DNA from: Planctomycetota bacterium
GTDB taxonomy: Bacteria; Planctomycetota; UBA8108; SXIK01
Reading direction: 5' to 3'
Assembly: GCA_965223265.1 (NCBI GenBank)
Contig: OZ244999.1
Span: 2,944,001 to 3,008,000 of the forward strand
Length of the DNA stretch: 64,000 nt
Numbering within the stretch: the stretch's first letter is position 1; every line of letters begins with the position of its first letter. Both the position numbers and the translations under genes were made by a program. The notes under the pieces were generated by a model that made no database searches, had not been told where the DNA came from, and saw only the letters and a list, made by a program, of their open reading frames with translations. Below, in pieces: positions 18,169 through 27,520 of this stretch.

Positions 18169-19212
18169 TTAGTTCGTCGCGGCAGTGTTGACCTTCATGC
18201 GCTCGATCACCGCGTCGGCGAATTCCTCGGTTGTCAATTGACCGCCGAGATCGCGGGTCTTTTGCTCGGCCGCCAGAGCCTCGTCGTAGGCGGCGCGGAT
18301 CGTCTGTGCGCTCCGCGCCGCAGCTTGATCGGAGCGTGTCTCGGCGATGTGATTGAGCATCATGACAGCAGACATGAGAAGTGCGAGTGGGTTCGCTATC
18401 CCCTTTCCAGCGATGTCCGGAGCGGAGCCGTGAACCGCTTCAAAGACTGCGTGCTCGGCACTGATATTGGCTCCCGGGACGACCCCCAGACCGCCGACAA
18501 GCCCGGCGCACAGATCGCTCACGATGTCGCCGTAGAGGTTTTGCAGCAGGAGCAAGCCGAAGCGTGATGGATTCTGGACGATGTGCATGCAGCCGGCGTC
18601 GATGATGAGCTCATCGTATTCGAGTTGCGGGAATTCGCTGGCGTGAATGTCACGCGCGCAGCGAATGAACAGACCATCCGTAAGCTTCATGATGTTCGCC
18701 TTGTGGAACACCGTGACCTTTTTGATGTCGCGTTTCATCGCGTAGTTGAAACTCCAGCGAGCGATGCGTTGGCAGGCTTTTCGCGTGGCGATCTTGAGAC
18801 TGGTGACGACGCCGTCGGTGATCTCATTTTCGATGCCGCTGTAAAGGCCTTCGGTGTTCTCGCGCACAATCACGAGATCGACGTCGGTGTAGCGGGTTTG
18901 GACGCCGCTCAGCGATCGCACCGGGCGGACTGCTGCGTAGAGGTTGAGTTCCTTGCGCAGCTGAACGTTGACCGACGAGAAACCCTCGCCGACAGGTGTC
19001 GTGCAGGGTCCCTTGAGAGCTACTTTGTGACGCCGGATCGCTTCCAGGGTGCTCGCCGGCAGCAGATCGCCGTCGGCGTCCAGGGCGGCGAGGCCAGCTC
19101 GGTGCACGTCCCACTCGACGGGTGCACCGCTCGCCGCCAAGATGCGTTTGACCGCCTCCGTGACTTCTGGACCGATTCCGTCTCCGGGAATGAGTACAAC
19201 GGTGTGTGGCAT
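18169..19212 (-). CDS. icd: Isocitrate/isopropylmalate dehydrogenase family (probable NAD-dependent isocitrate dehydrogenase)
   Basis: PGDGIGPEV, SVNVQLRK, RENTEGLY, HKANIMK, NLYGDIVSD, EAVHGSAPDIAG. Confidence 0.85.
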   Translation of the reverse strand: MPHTVVLIPGDGIGPEVTEAVKRILAASGAPVEWDVHRAGLAALDADGDLLPASTLEAIRRHKVALKGPCTTPVGEGFSSVNVQLRKELNLYAAVRPVRSLSGVQTRYTDVDLVIVRENTEGLYSGIENEITDGVVTSLKIATRKACQRIARWSFNYAMKRDIKKVTVFHKANIMKLTDGLFIRCARDIHASEFPQLEYDELIIDAGCMHIVQNPSRFGLLLLQNLYGDIVSDLCAGLVGGLGVVPGANISAEHAVFEAVHGSAPDIAGKGIANPLALLMSAVMMLNHIAETRSDQAAARSAQTIRAAYDEALAAEQKTRDLGGQLTTEEFADAVIERMKVNTAATN

Positions 19213-19543
19213 CGAAAGTGTCTCCTAACAGGAATCTCAGCCGCTGCCCAAATACGAGCAGGAATCTCTGTCTTGTATCGTCGATCGGTTTGCGTTCCCA
19301 CAACCAGAGTCGCGGTCATCCGTTTTTTTCGCCACGTGAGCGTTCGCGCAGGGCGGCGAGCGCATCGTCAACCGTAACGATCGGCACGCGTTGCTGCGTC
19401 GTTGCAGGGTCGGTCGGAGAGCCGTTTTCGGAACACTTGAGCTTGAAGTGGGCTCACAGCACCCCTGCGCAGGGAGCGCGTTGCCGCCGCGGTTTCAGCG
19501 CAGCTGACGGCGTTCGGTGCGCCGATCCGAGTGTCTCTTGACA

Positions 19544-20125
19544 CTATTCCTTGCAGGCGTTGGGGGCGGAATCTGGGAGCCGCGCCAGTTCGTCTTCCAC
19601 CGCGGCGGCAACGTGTTGCCACGCCGGCGGCAGTCTTGGCTTCAGAACGGCGACGACTTCTCGCGTGCGCCGCATCAGCCGTGCCCGGGCGGTCGCGGAA
19701 ATCGAGTCGGAATCGAGGAGATTGTCGAAGCAATCTGCTAGCTTGCAGATTTGGACCTCGGTCGACGCGGCCGCAAGCGCTTCAAGGTACGCCGTCTCGC
19801 GGGCGCTTTCCGGCAGTCGTTTGTCCTTCGTCAGCCGGCTGACGTACTCTCCGACACGCCGGCCGAAGGCCGACTCGATCTCGTCGCGGTCGACGGTGGT
19901 GTCCTCGATGGTGTCGTGGAGGAGCGCTGTGGTCAAAACCTCGGGGTCGGTGACGCCGAACACCCGCATCAAAATCAGCGCCACGCGCGTTGGATGCGCG
20001 GCGTAGGGAGTCATCCCGTCTTTACGAAGCTGCCCCTCGTGGGCTCGCGCCGCGTGCGAAACTGCCCTCAGTGTCCGCGCGAAATCGGGGTCGAGGCGGC
20101 GAGCCTTGTCTTCGTTCATATTCAC
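19544..20125 (-). CDS. HD-domain small alarmone hydrolase (Mesh1/SpoT-HD-like)
   Basis: AHEGQLRKDG.TPY..HP, ALLHDTIEDT, LTKDK, KLAD..DN. Confidence 0.85.
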   Translation of the reverse strand: MNMNEDKARRLDPDFARTLRAVSHAARAHEGQLRKDGMTPYAAHPTRVALILMRVFGVTDPEVLTTALLHDTIEDTTVDRDEIESAFGRRVGEYVSRLTKDKRLPESARETAYLEALAAASTEVQICKLADCFDNLLDSDSISATARARLMRRTREVVAVLKPRLPPAWQHVAAAVEDELARLPDSAPNACKE

Positions 20126-20189
20126 GCCGAGACGAGACTGACTGTGCGTGCAGGAAGGTTGCAGAGGCGAAAGTCTGTCAACTCGGCTG

Positions 20190-20402
20190 CTAGCGCCGTC
20201 TGCGACGCTGCAGAGCGCGTTTCAATTCCTTCATCGCCTGACGCTTCGCTTCTTTCGACCGGCGGCGCTGCTTGTCGGAAGGTTTCTCGTAGTAACGTCG
20301 CCGTTTGATCTCTTTGAAGACGCCTTCTTTAGCGCATAAGCGCTTGAAGCGCTGAAAGAAGCGTTCCGGCGGCTCGCCGTAGCGAATCGTCACCTTGATC
20401 AC
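20190..20402 (-). CDS. rpsU: 30S ribosomal protein S21
   Basis: RFKR....G...E.KRRRYYEKPS; GTG at 20402 after AGAGGTG (alternative start 20411). Confidence 0.93.
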   Translation of the reverse strand: MIKVTIRYGEPPERFFQRFKRLCAKEGVFKEIKRRRYYEKPSDKQRRRSKEAKRQAMKELKRALQRRRRR

Positions 20403-20562
20403 GCTGTTCACCTCTTCGGGGAGTTGTTGATGGAGGGCTGGGGGGAGTCCTTGAGAGACGCGTCCTGCAAAGCCCGAAACCTACTCTTGTACCTTTTTGG
20501 CGACCATTTGACAACCCGCAGGGTTCAGGGCCGGCAGCGCCAACCGCGCTCGGCGCTGTTTG

Positions 20563-21039
20563 TTACGACCGGGAGGTAGGGGGCGCGTCAGCTGCCACGA
20601 CGGTCAAAAGGCCTTTTGCTGCGATTTCCCCTGCCACGGTTGCCTCGACTGCGAACCGCGCCAAGCTGCCAAAGGCGGCGTCTAAAGTGGCGGAAAGGTC
20701 AATCGACTCCCCGGGGCGAATCAGTCGCAGAAACCTCATGCGGTTGACCTCGGCAAGGTAGCCCCGGATCGGGCTTCCTCCCGGTGCCATGAGCGCCACG
20801 CCGGCGACCTGTGCCAGCGCCTCGATCAGAGCTACGCCCGGCACCAGTGGATTTCCAGGCAGGTGCCCGTCGAAAACGCGGTGGCCTGGCGGAAAGGTGA
20901 CACTGCCGACGACCGACTTGCCGACGCTGACCTGATGGATCGTGTCGACGAGGAGCGCCGGTGGGCGCTGCGGGAGATTGCGGAGAAGTTGAGCTGGCTG
21001 CGTGAGTGCCGCAGCGTCTGGGGGGTCTGGCATGCTCAT
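20563..21039 (-). CDS. FabA/FabZ-like hotdog dehydratase
   Basis: LPQRPPALLVD, FDGHLPGNPLVPGVALIEALAQ (catalytic His/Glu); ATGA overlap with hcrB stop. Confidence 0.85.
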   Translation of the reverse strand: MSMPDPPDAAALTQPAQLLRNLPQRPPALLVDTIHQVSVGKSVVGSVTFPPGHRVFDGHLPGNPLVPGVALIEALAQVAGVALMAPGGSPIRGYLAEVNRMRFLRLIRPGESIDLSATLDAAFGSLARFAVEATVAGEIAAKGLLTVVAADAPPTSRS

Positions 21040-22034
21040 GGCGTCGTCCCCAGCGAGCGTAATCCGTCGCGTGCCATGAGTCCAACACGCAGGCGCCGAT
21101 GGGCTGGGCTCAGAGGGCCCCCGGTGTTGAGAGGTGTGGTGTGGCTACGCACAAGCTCCGCCGCCGCTGCGAGGCGTTCTTCGTCGTCGAGGCGCGCGTT
21201 TTCGAGCTCGGCGGCGGCGGCGCGCACAAGAAATGGTCTCGGGGCGACTGCGGTGAGCGCGACGCGCACATCACGCATCGTGACACCTCGCTCCAGGCGC
21301 GCAGCGATTGCGACCCCCGCCAGAGGAAAATCGATGGCGCCGCGACGGCGAAGTTTCTCGTAACGTCCGCTGAGCGATCGACGGCGCGGTGGGATCAGAA
21401 GGTCCGTCAGGATTTCGTCGGCCCCGAGGTCGAACTTCGCGATGCCATCGTCGACGAAGAAGGCGTCCAGCGGCACGACTCTTGCCTCATCTCGTCGCCG
21501 TAGCTGAACGCTCGCATCCAGAGTGAGAAGTGCGGGCGCCAAGTCGCCCGAGGCGACAGCCCAGCACAGATCGCTTGCCGGCGCGACGTGGCAGCGATCG
21601 CCATCTTTCTTCAGGCAGAAGCCGCACGCCTGACGCCAACCATACGGCTGGTTGTACCAATGACACCGCGTCTCCAAGCAGACATTACCACCGATGGTGC
21701 CCATACGTCGTAGCGTTGGCGCTGAGATCGTCTGGGCAGCCTGGGCCAGCACCGCCAGCTCGCGGCGTACGAACTCGTCGGCAGCCAGCTGCGCAATGGT
21801 CGTTAGCGCGCCGATTCTCACTGTTCCATCCCTGAGCACGGAGACACCTCGCAGCTCTGTGAGGCGAGCCAGCGAGATCAGAGCGCGTGGTGTCTCGAGT
21901 CGTTGTCTGAGGTTGACGACGAGGTCGGTGCCGCCGGCGATGAGGCGCCCCGAGGCGCCGAGGTCGGCACGCTGCGCCAGCGCCTCGTGGAGCGACTTGG
22001 GACGCAGCAGCTGAAACGATGGTAGAGTCGCCAT
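21036..22034 (-). CDS. hcrB: 4-hydroxybenzoyl-CoA reductase beta (FAD, [4Fe-4S]) subunit-like
   Basis: IAGGTDL, GTIGGNVCLETRCHWYNQ, Cys-rich insertion C..CLKKDGDRCHV..CWA, R.AIDFPLAG. Confidence 0.8.
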   Translation of the reverse strand: MATLPSFQLLRPKSLHEALAQRADLGASGRLIAGGTDLVVNLRQRLETPRALISLARLTELRGVSVLRDGTVRIGALTTIAQLAADEFVRRELAVLAQAAQTISAPTLRRMGTIGGNVCLETRCHWYNQPYGWRQACGFCLKKDGDRCHVAPASDLCWAVASGDLAPALLTLDASVQLRRRDEARVVPLDAFFVDDGIAKFDLGADEILTDLLIPPRRRSLSGRYEKLRRRGAIDFPLAGVAIAARLERGVTMRDVRVALTAVAPRPFLVRAAAAELENARLDDEERLAAAAELVRSHTTPLNTGGPLSPAHRRLRVGLMARDGLRSLGTTP

Positions 22035-22037
22035 GGC

Positions 22038-24443
22038 CTATCCGCTCACATCCGACACTGGTGCTCCGCGGCGCTGCGGACTGGCTGCGGGGCGGCCGCA
22101 ACCCGACGTAGCGGGATTGCGCAGAGCTCGAAGGATTCGCTCAGGTGAGAGCGGCAGTTCGGTCACCCACACGCCGATGGCGTCATGGATCGCATTTGTG
22201 AGCGCTGGGAGGATCGCCGCGAGCGAGCCCTCTCCTGCCTCCTTGGCGCCGAACGGACCCTCGGGGTCCGAGCTCTCGACAAGATGAATCTCGATATCCG
22301 GTGAGTCGACGCTCGTTGGCATCTTGTACTCGAGCAGACCTGGATTGAACGACAAGCCCTGGGGTGAGAAGTGCTGCTCTTCCCAGAGCGCTTGACCGAT
22401 TCCCATCCAGATCGAACCGCGCACTTGGCCCTCGACGGCGAGAGGGTTGATCGCCTTGCCGCAATCATGCGCTGCCCACACCTTGACGATGGAGACTTCG
22501 CCGCTTTCGACATCGACTTCGACCTCAACGACCTGGGCCGCGTAGCTGTAGGCGACGCCGGGACCGACGCCAGCACCACGAAACGTGCCGCCCTTCGCCG
22601 CGCGTGGGGGAGAGTAGGAACCGGTCGTGACCAGCGGCCCATCCGCCGAAACTGCGAGCCTGACTGCGTCGCGAAACGACAGCGACCGCGCCCCGTCTTG
22701 CCAGCCGACGATGCGGCCGCGTTCGAGCCGTAGCTCATTCGTAGGCACGCCAAGCGCCTTTGCCGCGGCGAGTACCAGGCGCTCTCGCATGCGATTGGCC
22801 GCCTCCAGCGCGGCGTTGCCGGCCATGAAGGTGACGCGGGACGCGTAAGTGCCGAGGTCCACCGGCGTCAAGAGGGTGTCGCCTGAGATGACCCGGATAT
22901 CGTCGCAGCGCAGCGCGAGGGCCTCGGCCGTGATCATCGCCAGCAGCGTGTCACTGCCCTGACCGAGCTCGGTTGTGCCGACGAAGAGGGTCAACTTGCC
23001 GTCGCGATCGGTCTCGAGTTTCACCGTCGAGTGGGGCTGCGATCCACGAACGATTGCGTTGGACGCGCCGCTGACGTAGTGGCTGGCGCCGAAACCGATG
23101 CCGCGGCCGTATGGCAAGCGCCCGCGACGATCTTTCCACTTCGATGCGCGCTCAACGACTTCGATACACTCGGGGAGACCATAGCTAGTGACGCGGAGAT
23201 CATTGATGGTTCGCGATCCGGCGGTGAGGAAGTTGCGGCGCCGTAGTTCCAGTGGGTCCATACCCAGTGCGACCGCGCCGCGATCCAAGAGTGACTCGAA
23301 GGCGTGGCGTGCGGCAATCGTTCCGTGCCCTCGCATCGGACCGCAGGCAGGCTTGTTCGTGAGCACGCGGTAGCCATCGAAGCGTAGGTTGTCGACCGCG
23401 TAGAGAGCGCAGAGCAGAGCGCCCGAGTAGAGAATCGTCACCACGCCGTAGCTGCAGTAAGCGCCGCCGTCTTGAAACGTCTCACACTCGACGGCGCGAA
23501 CGCGTCCTTCTTTGCTGAAGCCGACCCGCATGTGAATTCTGCTTTCAGGTCGACCGCGGTGTAGGAGAAACACCTCGTGCCGGTCGAGTATGAATCGGAC
23601 TGGCCGACCCGTCCGACGAGCCAGCAGCGCGGCGGCAACATCTGCGGGAAACGTTTCCGACTTGCCGCCGAAGCCGCCGCCGACGGCGCATGGAATGACC
23701 CGAATGGACGGCTCGGCGATCTCGAGCGCTCGGGCGACACCCCGTTGAACGTGCCGAGCCGTCTGCGTCGAGGTCCATAGGGTATAGCGGTTGCCGTCTT
23801 CGTAGCGTGCGACCGTGCCGTGCGGTTCGAGTGCTGCGTGAGTAACCCGCGGGTGAAAGAACGTGTCCTCAACGATGACGTCAGCCGCATCAAACTCAGC
23901 AGCTGGATCGCCGAAGACGTGATGGTACGACTTTTCCACGTTGCGCGGCCGGTTTGCGTGAATCGGCTCGGCATCGACTTTCAGGGCGGTGTCAAGATCG
24001 AGATAGGGCGGAAGAATCTCGTAGGCGACCTGCAGTTGTTCGACTGCTCTCTCCGCTGCCTCAGCACTTGTCGCTGCGACCGCCGCAACCTCCTGCCCGG
24101 CATAGCGGACCTTGTCGGTGGCGAGAGCGGTTTCGTCGTGTCCCACTGGAAGGACTCCGTAGCGCCGTGGAGTGTCGCGGCCGGTGATAATGGCTTTGAC
24201 ACCGGGGACGCGGAGAGCTGCGCTTGTGTCAATCGAGACGACCCTGGCGTGGGCATGCGGGCTGCGAAGGAACTTCCCCTGCAGCATGCCAGGCAAGCGA
24301 ACGTCTTCGACGAAGGTGACGCCACCGCTGGCTCGTGCCGCCCCGTCGAGCAGGGGCGCGTCCGCACCGATGTTTCGCGTTCGGCGCCCGACGTCGTCTT
24401 GGTTCCGTTCTCCTTCCTTCTCCTCTTCGCGCCTCATGCTCAC
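22038..24443 (-). CDS. hcrA: 4-hydroxybenzoyl-CoA reductase alpha (molybdopterin) subunit-like, xanthine oxidase family
   Basis: GGGFGGK, DGGAYCSYG, CGPMRGHG, SHYVSG..PHSTV, YASRVTFMAGNA, GPFGAKEAGEG. Confidence 0.8.
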   Translation of the reverse strand: MSMRREEEKEGERNQDDVGRRTRNIGADAPLLDGAARASGGVTFVEDVRLPGMLQGKFLRSPHAHARVVSIDTSAALRVPGVKAIITGRDTPRRYGVLPVGHDETALATDKVRYAGQEVAAVAATSAEAAERAVEQLQVAYEILPPYLDLDTALKVDAEPIHANRPRNVEKSYHHVFGDPAAEFDAADVIVEDTFFHPRVTHAALEPHGTVARYEDGNRYTLWTSTQTARHVQRGVARALEIAEPSIRVIPCAVGGGFGGKSETFPADVAAALLARRTGRPVRFILDRHEVFLLHRGRPESRIHMRVGFSKEGRVRAVECETFQDGGAYCSYGVVTILYSGALLCALYAVDNLRFDGYRVLTNKPACGPMRGHGTIAARHAFESLLDRGAVALGMDPLELRRRNFLTAGSRTINDLRVTSYGLPECIEVVERASKWKDRRGRLPYGRGIGFGASHYVSGASNAIVRGSQPHSTVKLETDRDGKLTLFVGTTELGQGSDTLLAMITAEALALRCDDIRVISGDTLLTPVDLGTYASRVTFMAGNAALEAANRMRERLVLAAAKALGVPTNELRLERGRIVGWQDGARSLSFRDAVRLAVSADGPLVTTGSYSPPRAAKGGTFRGAGVGPGVAYSYAAQVVEVEVDVESGEVSIVKVWAAHDCGKAINPLAVEGQVRGSIWMGIGQALWEEQHFSPQGLSFNPGLLEYKMPTSVDSPDIEIHLVESSDPEGPFGAKEAGEGSLAAILPALTNAIHDAIGVWVTELPLSPERILRALRNPATSGCGRPAASPQRRGAPVSDVSG

Positions 24444-24485
24444 TTCTCATGCTTCGCGGCCTGTAGTGGCCGGCGGTCTCGGGTC

Positions 24486-25016
24486 TCAGCTGAGTGATCG
24501 GTCCGGCGGGTTGACCGTCGCCGGCGGTGAAATCCTTTCAGAACGTTGAAGCCTCTGGGCCGCTTCGCGTACGGCTTCGACGATTGGAGTGTAGCCGGTG
24601 CAGCGACAGAGATTGCCCGCGAGCGCCTGGCGAGCCGCCGCCTCCGTGAGTGTGTCGCCGCGCTCGACGAGCGCCGCCGCAGTCATGATGATGCCGGGCG
24701 TACAGTAGCCGCACTGAAGCCCGCCGGACTCGACCAACGCGCTCTGCAGCGCGCTGAGTCGCTCGTCGTTGTTGAAGTTCTCGACAGTGGTGACGGCTGC
24801 CCCTTCTGCCAAGAGCGCCAGAAACACACAAGCCAACACGGGTTCGCCGTCGACGAGGACGGTACACGCGGCACAGCTGGCATCATCACAGCCTCGCTTG
24901 GTCCCAGTCAGATCAAGCTCGTCCCGCAGCACCTCGAGGAGCGTCTGCTGATGCTGAACCGCTACCTGCTGCGCGTCGCCGTTGACTTGGAAAGAAAGCA
25001 GCTCCTTTCCGTTCAT
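24486..25016 (-). CDS. hcrC: 2x[2Fe-2S] small subunit (HcrC/CoxS-like)
   Basis: GTKRGCDDASCAACTV, QCGYCTPG, GNLCRCTGY. Confidence 0.8.
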   Translation of the reverse strand: MNGKELLSFQVNGDAQQVAVQHQQTLLEVLRDELDLTGTKRGCDDASCAACTVLVDGEPVLACVFLALLAEGAAVTTVENFNNDERLSALQSALVESGGLQCGYCTPGIIMTAAALVERGDTLTEAAARQALAGNLCRCTGYTPIVEAVREAAQRLQRSERISPPATVNPPDRSLS

Positions 25017-25184
25017 GGCCGGGCATGTTAACAGAAACCAGTTACGGTTAGAATTGTCGATTCACAGGAAATCGGCGCCGCGAACGAGCAGAGTGACGCA
25101 GCGAGATCGGCTGCGAGAGACGTCTTGACGCGGCGATAGGCGACTGGTCGCATCGTGGTCGGAGCCACGTGGGAGGGAGATGAG

Positions 25185-27224
25185 ATGGCTATGTCCGTGA
25201 CTTCGGTGGTCGTGTTGAGCGTATTCACGACGGCGGCAGCGCCAGACCTTTCGACTCTTGTTTTCACGGACACTGCGGTCGAGAGGGTCGCAACAGGTTT
25301 CTCGTTTGTCGAAGGGCCGGCGTGGAGCCCGGACGGATATTTGCTCTTCAGTGACATCCCCGCCAGCCGCGTCCTGCGTTTCGTGGGTCGTAACGAGGTG
25401 GCGAGTGTGCTCTCACCTTCCGGCAAGGCGAACGGTTTGGTGTTCGATTCCGGTGGCAACCTCTATTTGTGCCAAGGCGGCGCGCGCCGCGTCTCTAAGC
25501 TCTCTAGCGACGGCAAGCTGGAGCCGCTCGCGACGGCGTTCAACGGACGTCGATTCAATAGTCCGAATGATCTGGCGCTCGACGGTGCCGGCGGCATCTA
25601 CTTCACCGATCCCCGGTACGGAAGTAAGGACGGCATGGAGCAAGAAGTCATGGCTGTCTACTACATTGACCGCCGTGGCAAAGTCACACGGGTGATCGAC
25701 GACTTGATCCGACCCAACGGCATTTTGGTCAGCCTCGACGGGCAGCAGCTCTACGTCGCCGAGCCTGACCTGCGGCAGCTGCGAAGCTACCCCATCGAAA
25801 GGGCTGGGGTTGTGGGCGACGCCATGGTGCTCTTCACTGGGGATGCAGAGATCGACGGGTACGGTCCCGACGGTATGGCTCTCGACGTGCTCGGCAACGT
25901 CTACACTACGTATCGCGGCGTCGTCGTTCTCACGGCAACCGGGGAACTGGTCGGTCGGATCGATATTCCCGAGAACCCAGCGAATTGCACCTTCGGCGGC
26001 GAGGAGTTGAAGACATTGTTCGTCACCGCGCAGAAAAGCCTCTATCAGGTGAGGATGCGCGTCGCCGGGGCCCAGGCTGTTTCTTTCGAGATGGCGAAGG
26101 AGTCGCAGCGACCGGCGCCGCGATTTGAATCGGTCGTCATAGACGCTGGGGTCGGCATAGGTTACGGCGTTGCTGCCGAGGACGTGAACGGCGACGCTCT
26201 CACTGACGTGGTTCTGGTCGATCGCGACGTGGTGGCGTGGTATCGCAACCCTACGTGGGAACGGCAAGTCGTGGCGCAGCGACTCTCCGCGAAAGATCAC
26301 GTCTGTATCGCGGTGCGCGATACAGACGGCGACGGACGGGCCGAGGTGGCGGTGGGTGGCGAGTGGAATCCGCGCGACACGGTGACCAGCGGCAGCCTTC
26401 ACTACCTTCACCGCGGCGCTGACGCATCGGCGCCTTGGTCGACCGTCGATCTGCCGGCGGAGCCGACGGTCCATCGCATGCGCTGGATTCGTCGCGAGGA
26501 CGGCCACATGGATCTCTTGGTTGTGCCGCTCCACGGACGGCGAAATGTCGGCGGCGAGGGCCTCGGTGTGCGGACGTTCCTGTATGAACGTCCCGCGGAC
26601 CCGCGCACTCCGTGGGGCCGCACCCTCGTCTCCTGGCAGCTGCACATGACGCATAACCTCGACCCGGTCCAATGGGACGAGGACTCTGCCGAGGAGTTTG
26701 TCGTTGCGGCTCGCGAGGGTCTTTTTCTCTTCGATCGAACCGATGGTGGCTGGAGGCGGCAGCAACTGGCGGGCGGCGCGGAGTTTTCGGGAGCTAGCGA
26801 GGTGAGGGTTGGACGTCTTGCGAGCGGCCGGCGATTTCTTGCCAGCATCGAGCCGTTTCACGGCAATCAACTCGTCGTCTATACCCCGCCGGCCGTGGCT
26901 GGCGGCTTGTGGGTGCGCCAGGTGATCGACGACGGGCTGAACGGTGGCCACGCCGTCGCTTGTGGAGATTTCATCGGCGCCGGCGGCGACCAGATCGTGG
27001 CTGGGTGGCGACTTCCTAACGCGGACGGCGAAGTGGGGATTCGTCACTATACACCGCTGGATGCCGACGGCCGTCGCTGGCACGCCGCAGCGATCGATCG
27101 CAACACCATGGCTTGTGAAGATCTGAGGCTCGCAGACTTCGACGCCGATGGTCGGCTCGATCTCGTTGCCGCAGGTCGCGCGACGAAGAATCTAACCATC
27201 TATTTCAACCGGTCAGGCCGCTGA
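25185..27224 (+). CDS. Secreted SMP-30/gluconolactonase domain fused to FG-GAP (aldos-2-ulose dehydratase-like) beta-propeller
   Basis: EGPAW, NSPNDL, FTDP.YG, PNG, PDG; then DVNGD, HRMRW, IEPFHGNQL, GHAVACGD, ADFDADGRLD. Confidence 0.8.
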   Translation: MAMSVTSVVVLSVFTTAAAPDLSTLVFTDTAVERVATGFSFVEGPAWSPDGYLLFSDIPASRVLRFVGRNEVASVLSPSGKANGLVFDSGGNLYLCQGGARRVSKLSSDGKLEPLATAFNGRRFNSPNDLALDGAGGIYFTDPRYGSKDGMEQEVMAVYYIDRRGKVTRVIDDLIRPNGILVSLDGQQLYVAEPDLRQLRSYPIERAGVVGDAMVLFTGDAEIDGYGPDGMALDVLGNVYTTYRGVVVLTATGELVGRIDIPENPANCTFGGEELKTLFVTAQKSLYQVRMRVAGAQAVSFEMAKESQRPAPRFESVVIDAGVGIGYGVAAEDVNGDALTDVVLVDRDVVAWYRNPTWERQVVAQRLSAKDHVCIAVRDTDGDGRAEVAVGGEWNPRDTVTSGSLHYLHRGADASAPWSTVDLPAEPTVHRMRWIRREDGHMDLLVVPLHGRRNVGGEGLGVRTFLYERPADPRTPWGRTLVSWQLHMTHNLDPVQWDEDSAEEFVVAAREGLFLFDRTDGGWRRQQLAGGAEFSGASEVRVGRLASGRRFLASIEPFHGNQLVVYTPPAVAGGLWVRQVIDDGLNGGHAVACGDFIGAGGDQIVAGWRLPNADGEVGIRHYTPLDADGRRWHAAAIDRNTMACEDLRLADFDADGRLDLVAAGRATKNLTIYFNRSGR

Positions 27225-27520
27225 GCTCCTCGAGGCACGATCACGGACGGTCCGCAACGGCTCGAACGAGCACTCCGCCGTGATCTGGACGGCGCCGCGG
27301 TGCTCCCGGTCTGTCCCGCCTACTACGGCGCGGCGAGCGGCTGGACGTCTAAATCGGACCTTTGGTGCGGTTGTAAGGTTCTCTCCCCATTATGGTTACA
27401 TAGTAAGGTCGGTGGAAGTTGAACTACCCAACGCGAGTCGAACAGATAGAATGACCGATACAGGAGTCGATACGGAGTCTCGACAATTCGGCGCACCCAG
27501 GCCCGCGAGAGCGACAGACC

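Noticed and set aside
25413-27083. Long antisense ORFs (also 9466-10512, 46692-47936, 62556-63890 and many others)
   Set aside because: Stop-poor shadow frames expected at high GC, opposite well-supported genes
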